This document shows, in pieces, positions 27,248 to 35,361 of a stretch of 64,000 nt of DNA. Positions within the stretch are counted from its first letter, which is position 1. Every line of letters begins with the position of its first letter. The translations under genes were made by a program, and so were the position numbers. The DNA comes from an uncultured Pseudomonadota bacterium. Lineage in GTDB: Bacteria > Babelota > Babeliae > Babelales > CAIQNR01. The notes beneath the pieces were generated by a model that had not been told where the DNA came from, ran no database searches, and saw nothing but the letters and a program-made list of their open reading frames with translations. The stretch lies in the NCBI GenBank assembly GCA_964604015.1, contig CAZRXF010000001.1:104156-168155 (forward strand), written 5' to 3'.

Positions 27248-27819
27248 ACTTGTTTTTCCCCCAGTTTTTTAATCTTTGGATACAGGAGTACATAAAAATC
27301 AGATGGTCTTGTCGAATTTTGATCGCGGTACCCAAGAACATTTGAATAGGAACAACTACTCAAGTCGTTTGGTCCATTAAAAAATTGTTGGATTACAAGA
27401 TCAGCCAAGGGATCTTTCTGCCCTTTTACATGGGCGTGAACTACTGTGAGTGGTACCAAGTAAGATGTTCCAACGCTATCAACAAAGTTATCGACAAAAA
27501 AGAGTATGTTCTCTGGATCAAGATCAAAGGTGAAAGCGTCTCCTGTAAGCTGCAGTTTAGAGTCAACCGTACGCAGTTGCCCTTCGCGCGTTACAAAACC
27601 GATGCCTTGAAAGCCGGTGCGCATTGTTATCTGTGGTTTATCGCCGAGAGAAAGGGAGAAATTCCCTCGTAGCTGGAATAATGTATAAATCAGCCCACTG
27701 GGGAATTGAACTGTTTTTCCAGCAATTGTCGCATAGTCTGAAGGATCACCAAGGTGCATGAATGCAGAAAGTTGGACCTGGGCTAGAAAAAAAACAAACA
27801 GCAGTGATTTTTTTGGCAT
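27244..27819 (-). CDS. Small secreted protein, member D of the paralog array
   Basis: 191 aa with a signal-like MPKKSLLFVFFLAQVQLSAF. It has the motif VIQQFFNGPNDLSSCSYSNVLGYR. Confidence 0.65.
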   Translation of the reverse strand: MPKKSLLFVFFLAQVQLSAFMHLGDPSDYATIAGKTVQFPSGLIYTLFQLRGNFSLSLGDKPQITMRTGFQGIGFVTREGQLRTVDSKLQLTGDAFTFDLDPENILFFVDNFVDSVGTSYLVPLTVVHAHVKGQKDPLADLVIQQFFNGPNDLSSCSYSNVLGYRDQNSTRPSDFYVLLYPKIKKLGEKQV

Positions 27820-27834
27820 AGAGGCCCTTCAGCT

Positions 27835-28272
27835 TTATTGGCGGCCAGTAAACAAAACACACCGTGGAGAGCCATCAAAATTTTCCACGTTAAAAATCTG
27901 GAAATAATCAAAGTTGTTCCTTACGTACTCCTCGACGCTTTCGCCTGCTTGTCGTTCCTTGTTTTTGAAAAAGAGACGTTTAGCCTGATGAGACTTTTCT
28001 GTTTCCTTGTTTTGTTGTGCTGAGTGCATAAAAGCACAAAGCGTAAGAGCACTATTTTTTGAAATTTGTAGAAGAATGGCTCCAGGTGGATAGAAAAGTT
28101 CAGCGCCATTAGCCTTCGTTGCTGTTATGCCTATTTGATTATTCCAGATCTTCATTTGGCAAAGGGCAAAGGTACCATTTATACGCCAGCCAACCTCTTG
28201 TTGAACTTCTGGAGCCTGTGCGGCATAAGCACTTGCTGAAACGAGAGCGAAAAAAAACAAAAATTTTTTCAT
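27835..28272 (-). CDS. Small secreted protein, member E of the paralog array
   Basis: 145 aa with the signal peptide MKKFLFFFALVSASAYAAQA. It has the blocks IGITATKANGAELFYPPGAILLQISKNSALTL and KRLFFKNKE. Confidence 0.6.
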   Translation of the reverse strand: MKKFLFFFALVSASAYAAQAPEVQQEVGWRINGTFALCQMKIWNNQIGITATKANGAELFYPPGAILLQISKNSALTLCAFMHSAQQNKETEKSHQAKRLFFKNKERQAGESVEEYVRNNFDYFQIFNVENFDGSPRCVLFTGRQ

Positions 28273-28307
28273 GTACTAACCTTTAATTTTAAAATGGCAC
28301 AGCCGGA

Positions 28308-28796
28308 TTATTTTCGCGCTCGCCTCTTTTCTGTTTTCTTTGCGGCAAAAACAATACCTGGTTTATCTGAATTGTCTAGATCGGCTATAAAAGCAGCCCT
28401 AAAAAAGAATTCTTTACATGCACTCTCAGAAGTATTCCCATTAAAAAAGGATGTAGCAATTGTAGAGAAATGTGGATTTCGTTCTTCGTTGCGAGTCATA
28501 ACAAGATGCGTGAAATACAAAAGAGACATAACTTCACTAGATCTGGGAATTTTTAAAAAAACTATGTCGGCATCGCAGATGAGTGGATCTTTACGGGGTC
28601 GCGTAATTCTAATGAAAAAGGCATAGGGCTGGGATTTTTTGTATGTCGTTCGTTGTTCCATCGTGACAACATGGCCTTCGGGAAGTTCTTCTCGCAGCAG
28701 GACACCGCGGCGTTCCTCTTGGTGCGAATTGGCTGGATGGCAATCGACGGTGGACGACAAGAAAAGTATGAGCAATGATCGCCGCACAGTCTTCAT
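28308..28796 (-). CDS. Small secreted protein, member F of the paralog array
   Basis: I moved the start to the ATG at 28796 (MKTVRRSLLILFLSSTVDC). It has the blocks FIRITRPRKDPLICDADIVFLKIPRSSEVMSL and IATSFFNGNTSES. Confidence 0.6.
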   Translation of the reverse strand: MKTVRRSLLILFLSSTVDCHPANSHQEERRGVLLREELPEGHVVTMEQRTTYKKSQPYAFFIRITRPRKDPLICDADIVFLKIPRSSEVMSLLYFTHLVMTRNEERNPHFSTIATSFFNGNTSESACKEFFFRAAFIADLDNSDKPGIVFAAKKTEKRRARK

Positions 28797-28934
28797 TAAA
28801 AAACCTTTCCTAAAAAAGAAAACACCCTCAGTGTAAGGCGTTTTCAAGCAAACGAAAAGAACTTTTAACTACTAGAACAGCTTTTTTCCATTGGGAACGC
28901 GTGGTGCAACGGTGACCAAACACACCGCTCCTTC

Positions 28935-29210
28935 TTAATCAGGAAATCCGACGAGTAAAAATTGTGAAAGAAAGCCGGCAATATTTTTTTCACCAAGGTT
29001 GATACAGCCGACAATTGATCTCCCTAGCAATGTTTCTGGTGTGTAATGAACAGTCACTTGTGCGGATGTTTGCAGTACGCCAATTTCAGGACCAAAATCT
29101 GCCCACACTTTATAAGCGGGCTTTTTTGCACGGGGAAAATCTTCAACCTTAATAACTGTTCCTGAGCGCAGCTCGACCTGTTCAAATTCTTCGTAGGTTA
29201 TTGTTTTCAT
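28935..29210 (-). CDS. CsaA/Trbp111-like tRNA-binding (EMAP-type OB fold) domain protein
   Basis: I moved the start to the ATG at 29210 (MKTITYEEFEQVELRSGTVIKVEDFPRAKKPAYKVWADFG...GCINLGEKNIAGFLSQFLLVG). The pattern matches stand-alone tRNA-binding domain proteins. It starts 11 nt after the proS stop. Confidence 0.7.
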   Translation of the reverse strand: MKTITYEEFEQVELRSGTVIKVEDFPRAKKPAYKVWADFGPEIGVLQTSAQVTVHYTPETLLGRSIVGCINLGEKNIAGFLSQFLLVGFPD

Positions 29211-29220
29211 AAAGGTTCCT

Positions 29221-30636
29221 TCAATAGGATCGAGCGACAATACAATCTGTTTTACTTGGTTTTTGGCAGACGCCACAGACAGAACATTGTTTTTCCTGTA
29301 GCAGGCAACGAACAGAGAGCTTATGGTTTTTCAGCTCAGCTTCACAGGAGCGTTCGCCACAGAACCCAGTTTGTATGAAATTCCATTCAGAAGCGGTGAT
29401 AATTGCATCAAGGTTATGCTGTACCACTTTCATGGTTTCAAGTCGTTTTTTTGCGCGTTCAAAAAGTTCTGTTTGAAGGGTGTTGAGTTTTTCAAAAATT
29501 ATACGACCAATTCCTTGCAAAGGTGTGGGGGTTTTTATCGAACTAATGCGGTCGGTCATAATAACTTGGTCTTGTGCCAGATCGCGAGGCCCTATTTCCA
29601 GGCGAAGTGGTACCCCTTTCAATTCCCAATGATAAAATTTATTTCCCGGTGTTTTTTGGTCATCTTCGTCAATATGCACTCGTACTTTGTCGTGGAGTTC
29701 ATCTTTGATTTTTTGAGCAGCTAAAAGTACTTCTTCTCGCTCAGTTTCCGTTTTGTAAATAGGAATGATGACTACTTGGATTGGTGCGATACGGGGAGGA
29801 AGCACGAGCCCTTTGATATCACCGTGACTCATGATAAGTGCACCGACAAGACGGGTTGTGGTTCCCCAGCTGGTGAGCCATGGGTAGGCAAGATCACCCT
29901 CTTTTGTCTGGAACTTCATTTCAAACGCATGCGCAAAACTTTGTGAAAGCAAGTGAGAGGTTCCCATCTGGAGTGCCTTACCGTCCGGCATAAATCCTTC
30001 AAAGGTGTACGTGGTTACAGCACCTGGGAACTTTTCCCCTTCTGACTTTTTACCGGTAATCACGGGAATCGCGAGGTAATTTTCAGCAAGATCTTTGTAG
30101 ATACTGAGCATCATCAGGACTTCATCGAGCGCCTCTTTTTCCGTTGCGTGAGCGGTGTGCCCTTCTTGCCAAAAGAACTCAGATGTTCGTAAAAATGCGC
30201 GTGGTCTCATTTCCCAACGGACCACGTTGGCCCATTGGTTAATCAAAAGAGGCAAATCGCGGTAGGAACGTATCCATTGAGCAAACATGTGATGAATAAT
30301 CGTCTCTGATGTTGGACGTACGACCAATGGTTCGGCAAGTTGCTTTCCCCCTGCGTGGGTTACTACCGCAAGCTCAGGTGCAAAGCCTTCAACGTGCTCA
30401 GCTTCTTTTTTCAGGAATGATTCAGGAATTAAAAGCGGGAACATCGCATTTTTATGCCCCGTGTCTTTAATTTTTTTATCAAGAACTCCCTTTATCGTCT
30501 CCCAAATCTCACACCCATAGGGGCGGATTACCATGCATCCTCGTACGGGGGCATTATCAGCCAATTCTGCTTGGTGAATTACCTCTTGATACCATTCGGC
30601 AAGGTTTGTTTTTGGATCTGGGAGTCTGTTGCTCAT
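29221..30636 (-). CDS. proS: Proline--tRNA ligase, archaeal/eukaryotic-like type
   Basis: 471 aa. The N-terminus is LAEWYQEVIHQAELADNAPVRGCMVIRPYGCEIWE. It has class II motifs (RPTSETIIHHMF, FLRTSEFFWQEGHTAH), no bacterial-type INS editing insertion, and a C-terminal Cys-rich domain ending in ...ARSY. Confidence 0.9.
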   Translation of the reverse strand: MSNRLPDPKTNLAEWYQEVIHQAELADNAPVRGCMVIRPYGCEIWETIKGVLDKKIKDTGHKNAMFPLLIPESFLKKEAEHVEGFAPELAVVTHAGGKQLAEPLVVRPTSETIIHHMFAQWIRSYRDLPLLINQWANVVRWEMRPRAFLRTSEFFWQEGHTAHATEKEALDEVLMMLSIYKDLAENYLAIPVITGKKSEGEKFPGAVTTYTFEGFMPDGKALQMGTSHLLSQSFAHAFEMKFQTKEGDLAYPWLTSWGTTTRLVGALIMSHGDIKGLVLPPRIAPIQVVIIPIYKTETEREEVLLAAQKIKDELHDKVRVHIDEDDQKTPGNKFYHWELKGVPLRLEIGPRDLAQDQVIMTDRISSIKTPTPLQGIGRIIFEKLNTLQTELFERAKKRLETMKVVQHNLDAIITASEWNFIQTGFCGERSCEAELKNHKLSVRCLLQEKQCSVCGVCQKPSKTDCIVARSY

Positions 30637-30806
30637 GAGAGTCCTTATGTTAAGCGTTTAGTTTTACTGGTCTGTCAGTATACGGACCCTGCAGGTTTTT
30701 GTAAAAAAGAGCTTACGTAAAGGCCTGTAGATTGCGTATTTGCTGTACTGTGCTACGCTTTGGCGGCAAAAACGTAAGACACCATAACGAAAGTGAGAAA
30801 GTGCAC

Positions 30807-31472
30807 ATGCCTGAATCCATGGCTGATACAAAAACAACACTCTCTGATATGAAAAAGATGGTCGATGACTTTCTTATAGAACGTGACTGGTACCAGTTTC
30901 ACAACCCAAAAACTGACAGTGTTGGCTTAGTTATTGAAGCAGGAGAGCTTCTGACGCCTTTTCTTTTTGCAAAACCTGGTATGGGTGGTCGTGATATTCT
31001 TGCTTGCAAAAAAACTGAAGTGGGTGATGAGTTAAGCGATGTTTTTGTATGGCTTTTCTGTATCGCTCTCGTTAACAAATTTAGCCTTACCAGATTACTT
31101 TGTTCGGCTTTTCCTGGTTCTTCGTTTGATGAAGATAAGACAACGCTGGAAAATCTTAAAAAGATTGTTTCTCGTGAATACCGCGGATATGGAACGCCAG
31201 AAAGAGCAGTTCGTGCTATTGTTGTGGCGGCGACTGCTTATTTTGAGCTCTTTTTAAAACAGTCGCAGGATGATCTTGGGTATGATGTCATTGAGAACCA
31301 TCGTAATGCTAGTGAGCATGTGTACGTACAAGTTTTTTTGGCTGCTCTACATTTTGCAATAGAAGCAGATCTTGATCTTTCACATGTTTTTCAAACAAAA
31401 ATGGAAAAAAACAGGGAAAAATATCCTGTTGAAAAATCTAAGGGCACATCATTGAAATATAATGAATTATAA
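30807..31472 (+). CDS. MazG-like nucleoside triphosphate pyrophosphohydrolase, apparently a tandem (two-core) form
   Basis: The first core is LSDMKKMVDDFLIERDWYQFHNPKTDSVGLVIEAGELL...GDELSDVFVWLFCIA. The second, more degenerate core ends in FQTKMEKNREKYPV, the typical C-terminal KxxKNxxKYP. Start is at 30807 (or 30819); the track start at 30732 adds an unlikely extension. Confidence 0.65.
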   Translation: MPESMADTKTTLSDMKKMVDDFLIERDWYQFHNPKTDSVGLVIEAGELLTPFLFAKPGMGGRDILACKKTEVGDELSDVFVWLFCIALVNKFSLTRLLCSAFPGSSFDEDKTTLENLKKIVSREYRGYGTPERAVRAIVVAATAYFELFLKQSQDDLGYDVIENHRNASEHVYVQVFLAALHFAIEADLDLSHVFQTKMEKNREKYPVEKSKGTSLKYNEL

Positions 31473-31484
31473 AAGGAACTTGTT

Positions 31485-32411
31485 ATGAAAAAAATGAAAA
31501 AACTAAGTGCTTGTTTTGTAGCACTGTCTCTTGTGTCAACACCCCTTCGCCCTGTTGATCCTCGCGATATTTTGCGTGATATTGCTTACGGTAGCGCTGT
31601 TATCGCAATTGCTGCTGGAGTTATCTATCTTGGTATAAATGCCCCTGATTATTGTCCTGAATGTGGTTTGAAAATTGAAAAGGATGATCCGCACTATACG
31701 TTCTGCAATAAGTGGCTCCATAAACATCATCCTTACTGCTATGCCAAAGCTAATGGTCAGTGTAAAGCTTGTGAGGTTCATGCGAAATACGTTGCTGAAC
31801 ATGAAAGAAAAAAAACAGAGGCACAACAGATAGCCGATGATCACGCGCTAGCCCAAGAAATGGCTCAACAGGAAAGCAGTGGTGCTCGCGGAGGTGGTTA
31901 TGTATCTCCTGGTCAGGCAAATAAGGATCAGTGTGAAGTTCATGGCGAACGATTTGCAGGACGCGATGCAACACATGAGAGTGCCCGCGCTTATGGATCA
32001 ACCACCCCTACTCAGACAACGAATCGCCAAACCGATGCACATGGTAGTTATTATGCTCAAAAAGTTGATCAACAACAGCGGCAAACTGGTGTACAGAACA
32101 GAACAACTTCGGGCGGAAAAGGGTCTGCCGAGCACGCCTTTACGCAAGAGGAAATGCAAGAAGATTGCCAGATATGTTACACCGGTAAATTATGTGAATT
32201 AGATAATGGAACTGCTGTTAATCTTAATGATTCCCGCTACAAGAACCATGTTTCCAAGATTCCGTGCAGATGCAACAATGGCAAAGGCCGTTGGTTTCAT
32301 ACTGCTTGCTTGAAACAGTGGGCAAAAACTTGCCGAAGCAAAAACCAGAATCCTCGTTGCCCCCTTTGTAAGGATCAATTTAACGAGAAAAATGTATTCA
32401 AAAACAGCTAG
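31485..32411 (+). CDS. Membrane-anchored protein with two RING-type zinc fingers (RING-H2-like + C4HC3 RING-CH)
   Basis: It has a signal/anchor MKKMKKLSACFVALSLVS and a TM segment GSAVIAIAAGVIYLGI. Finger 1 (31653-31772) is CPEC-x13-C-x4-H-x2-H-x2-C-x7-CKAC. Finger 2 (32166-32375) is CQIC-x29-CRC-x8-H-x2-C-x19-CPLC with the WFHTACLKQW context typical of RING-CH (MARCH-type) domains. Confidence 0.7.
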   Translation: MKKMKKLSACFVALSLVSTPLRPVDPRDILRDIAYGSAVIAIAAGVIYLGINAPDYCPECGLKIEKDDPHYTFCNKWLHKHHPYCYAKANGQCKACEVHAKYVAEHERKKTEAQQIADDHALAQEMAQQESSGARGGGYVSPGQANKDQCEVHGERFAGRDATHESARAYGSTTPTQTTNRQTDAHGSYYAQKVDQQQRQTGVQNRTTSGGKGSAEHAFTQEEMQEDCQICYTGKLCELDNGTAVNLNDSRYKNHVSKIPCRCNNGKGRWFHTACLKQWAKTCRSKNQNPRCPLCKDQFNEKNVFKNS

Positions 32412-32445
32412 CGTTTGATGAGTATTCTCAGAAAAGGAGAGTAGT

Positions 32446-33045
32446 ATGTTGCAGTATCTGTATAAAAATTGGGCTCATATGTGCGGTGTCATGGCCCTCT
32501 ATCTGACCATCCTATTGGTTAGTGTCTTTCATTGTCTTGATCCATACGTTTTTCTCGTGTGGCTTCAGTTTCCGGTGTATCTGATACACGAATTTGAAGA
32601 ACATGCATGGCCCGGCGGATTTAAGCAGTTTATTAATAAAAACATCTTCGGTATTCAGGGCGTGGATCAACCACTCACTGATGCGCGTGTATTCTGGATT
32701 AATATTTTAGGCGTCTGGGTTCTTTTCCCCGTTGTGGCTCTTGCTACACAATGGATTAATCCGTTGTATGGGTTGTTGGCGCCCTGCTTTGGGCTTTTTA
32801 ATGCATCGTTACATATCGTGTGGGCAATCGGATTAAGACGGTATAATCCTGGTCTTCTTGCAAGTGTTTTCCTGAATTATCCAACAGGTATCTACACTAT
32901 CTTCGTCGCTCATAACATGGGCTATTTTTCAGTACCTGCGCTCCTTGGAGCTTCCGTTTTTGCTTTCGTTAGTCACGTCATAATTTTCTTGGCTGTCTTA
33001 CATTGGTATCGAGAGTACGCAAAAAGAGGTCAGATTTCTGACTAA
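32446..33045 (+). CDS. HXXEE-motif polytopic membrane protein
   Basis: 199 aa with about 6 hydrophobic segments. The motif is LIHEFEEHAWPGGF (H-x-x-E-E), as in the HXXEE domain family. Confidence 0.6.
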   Translation: MLQYLYKNWAHMCGVMALYLTILLVSVFHCLDPYVFLVWLQFPVYLIHEFEEHAWPGGFKQFINKNIFGIQGVDQPLTDARVFWINILGVWVLFPVVALATQWINPLYGLLAPCFGLFNASLHIVWAIGLRRYNPGLLASVFLNYPTGIYTIFVAHNMGYFSVPALLGASVFAFVSHVIIFLAVLHWYREYAKRGQISD

Positions 33046-33860
33046 TTATGTATGGGTGTTCTACCAATTTGAATGAGACCATTTTTAAAGCGAACCACCT
33101 GGTACCGAGCAGTTCTTTTTCCCTCTTTTTGATCATCGAAATAGCCGGGGTCGTCTCCTATCACATCGACAGCACTTGAAAGTGAATCACCGTTTATTGC
33201 TTTCTCCAGGCGGTCAATGATTGGTGCCAGCTCTTCAACTGAGGGAATAATGCCCATAGCCAGTCTTCCTCTCACATTTGAGAGGTAATCAGATATATGG
33301 TTGCGTCGTCTCACAAGATCTGCAAGCAGTAAATCGAATCCCTTTTTATTTCCTGCGTAAGCATTCTTCTTTGTCCTGACCGCTTCTATCATCTCTTGCA
33401 AGTATGTCGTATAGGTTCTTTCCACTGCATAGAATCTGTGAAGTGCTTGAACCGTCCTGTCATGTTGAAGGTTTGTGTGGAGTTGGAGTGCACTATCTTC
33501 GGTTGCGCGTGGGTGTTCGTTCGCCAGTGTTTTTATGGCTTTTTTAGCAGATGGAGAAAGGTCTACCTGTTTGGTAAGTGAGGTAGTAGCGGGTTCTGAA
33601 AGTACTATCGAAGGACTAATCCTGTCTGTTTGTAGAGGAACAGATTTACGTGGACTTAAAAGATCATCTGATATGCCACGAATTTCTTCAGTATCCCCAA
33701 TGATTTCGAATGGGTGATCAACATGTTTTTGCTCACGATCACGGACTACTACATCATCGTCAGCTCGAAGAACATCGATTGATTCCAGCGTGGCTTCTAC
33801 TGGTGCGTACAAAAGGGATGTAAAACAGAAACAATAAAAACCCAACCTCAAAATCTTCAT
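33042..33860 (-). CDS. Secreted hypothetical protein
   Basis: I moved the start to the ATG at 33860, preceded by GGAGGTGG. This gives MKILRLGFYCFCFTSLLYAPVEA (signal peptide). Its stop overlaps the convergent gene by 4 nt. No recognised domain. Confidence 0.6.
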   Translation of the reverse strand: MKILRLGFYCFCFTSLLYAPVEATLESIDVLRADDDVVVRDREQKHVDHPFEIIGDTEEIRGISDDLLSPRKSVPLQTDRISPSIVLSEPATTSLTKQVDLSPSAKKAIKTLANEHPRATEDSALQLHTNLQHDRTVQALHRFYAVERTYTTYLQEMIEAVRTKKNAYAGNKKGFDLLLADLVRRRNHISDYLSNVRGRLAMGIIPSVEELAPIIDRLEKAINGDSLSSAVDVIGDDPGYFDDQKEGKRTARYQVVRFKNGLIQIGRTPIHN

Positions 33861-34039
33861 AACCACCTCCATTTTTATATGGTCACTATTAGAATAGCGC
33901 CTATGGACTATGAAAATCAACAAATTAAGCGTGCAACAATCGACCTGTCGCGTTTTTTCGAAGAATTAAGCCTTAAAGTGTCCAGTAGAAAGGTAATGTC
34001 GCTGAAAAATTCTATAGAAACTAAGACAGCAAGGTACGC

Positions 34040-34420
34040 TTATCTCGCTGCCGGCATTTGTTCACGAGCTCGTTTCAAGGCAGCTTGTGCTTGTTTCAGT
34101 TGTTCCTGAACTCGGGTAAGTTCCTGTTGAGCTTTTTCCTTTTCTTCTCGTGCAGCGTGTGCCTTTTGTTCTGCTTGTTTTGCACGAGCTTCTTGCATCT
34201 TTATTTTCAGACGAGCCGCTGTCGAAGCAAGAAATTCTTTGGCAACTTCCGCTCCTTCATGCATGCTGCGCTTTACCGTTTGCGCGGTATCGGTGACGAT
34301 ATCTTTCACGGTAATCGCGACGACTTCAGCTTTTTCTGAAAATTTTTCTTGATGAGCTTCTTCTGCACGGCTTTGGGTTGTCAATGCAAGCAAAAGTGTT
34401 GCGATGATCTTTTTTTTCAT
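34040..34420 (-). CDS. Small secreted coiled-coil protein
   Basis: 126 aa with the signal peptide MKKKIIATLLLALTTQSRA. The remainder is Ala/Glu/Lys/Gln-rich helical sequence. Confidence 0.55.
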   Translation of the reverse strand: MKKKIIATLLLALTTQSRAEEAHQEKFSEKAEVVAITVKDIVTDTAQTVKRSMHEGAEVAKEFLASTAARLKIKMQEARAKQAEQKAHAAREEKEKAQQELTRVQEQLKQAQAALKRAREQMPAAR

Positions 34421-34430
34421 AGATACCCTT

Positions 34431-35336
34431 TCATTTTTGGTGTGCGATAATCTCTTCTTTCAGTTCTTCTTGGTAGAAGATGTAGAGCCCTACTCCGACT
34501 AACAGAGCAGTTACGTAGAACCAAGGACTTACTTCTTCTCGCAACCAGAACCAGCCAAAAAGTGCGGCAAAAAGTGGCGTAGTGCATCCGAAGAACGAAA
34601 GTGTGGTGGCAGAATACCGGTGAAGAAGCTTGCCGTAAAGGTTGTAGCAAATAATGTTACCGATGAGGATCAAAAGCAAGAGTGATCGCAGGAATGTGGT
34701 ACTTGCGCACAATGTGGGTACCGAGGGCCACACTTCAAAAAAATAAGAAGTGGCCAGCGAAAGAAGGCCGCCTAAGAACATTCCCACCCCATTTACAAAC
34801 ACATAGGAATGATCATGAAGGCTGATAAGGCGCTTCATAAAGATCCATCCAATGCATGATGCGGTAACGGAAAGAACCAATAGAAATTCCGCGTAGGACG
34901 AGTGAGTTGTTGATTCCGTTGCTCCCGGAGCTGTCAGTAAAACGGGGATAAATGCGAGAAAACCTATCAAAAGTCCAACCCATTTTTTTGCAGATAACAC
35001 TTCTCGGAAGAAAAAGTAGGAAAGCAGTGCAGTGATGAAGGGGGTGAGGTTGTAAAGGAGGGAAACCTTTGCACCAGTCAGGTACTGTAGACTGATGAAT
35101 TCGAGCGCGTACGAGCCATAAATATGAAAAAGAACAATTCCCACAAACCAAAAAAGATCTTTTTTATGAAACTTGAATGATTCTTTACGAAAGAGTCTAA
35201 CAAAGCCAAGCAGCAAGATACCGGCCAGCACCATTCGCACCCCAATAAAAAAGAGTGGTGGAACTGCTAGAACGGCCTCCCTTCCGATGATGAACGTGCT
35301 TGCAAAAAATGCATACAAAATGAGTAAAAGTACCAT
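34431..35336 (-). CDS. EamA/DMT-superfamily transporter (copy 3 of a tandem triplet)
   Basis: 301 aa with 10 hydrophobic segments in a 5+5 arrangement. It is closely alignable with the adjacent copy (FVGIVLFHIYGSYALEF, LHRYSATTLSFFGCTTPLFAALFGW). Confidence 0.8.
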   Translation of the reverse strand: MVLLLILYAFFASTFIIGREAVLAVPPLFFIGVRMVLAGILLLGFVRLFRKESFKFHKKDLFWFVGIVLFHIYGSYALEFISLQYLTGAKVSLLYNLTPFITALLSYFFFREVLSAKKWVGLLIGFLAFIPVLLTAPGATESTTHSSYAEFLLVLSVTASCIGWIFMKRLISLHDHSYVFVNGVGMFLGGLLSLATSYFFEVWPSVPTLCASTTFLRSLLLLILIGNIICYNLYGKLLHRYSATTLSFFGCTTPLFAALFGWFWLREEVSPWFYVTALLVGVGLYIFYQEELKEEIIAHQK

Positions 35337-35361
35337 GAAAAGATTCCTTTTTTAGGGGGTA

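Noticed and set aside
24761-28796. Integron-like arrangement (tyrosine recombinase next to an array of small promoterless ORFs)
   Set aside because: The recombinase has XerD hallmarks rather than IntI features. It is co-oriented and downstream of the ORFs rather than divergent. ATGA overlaps leave no room for attC sites, and the ORFs are paralogs rather than unrelated cassettes.
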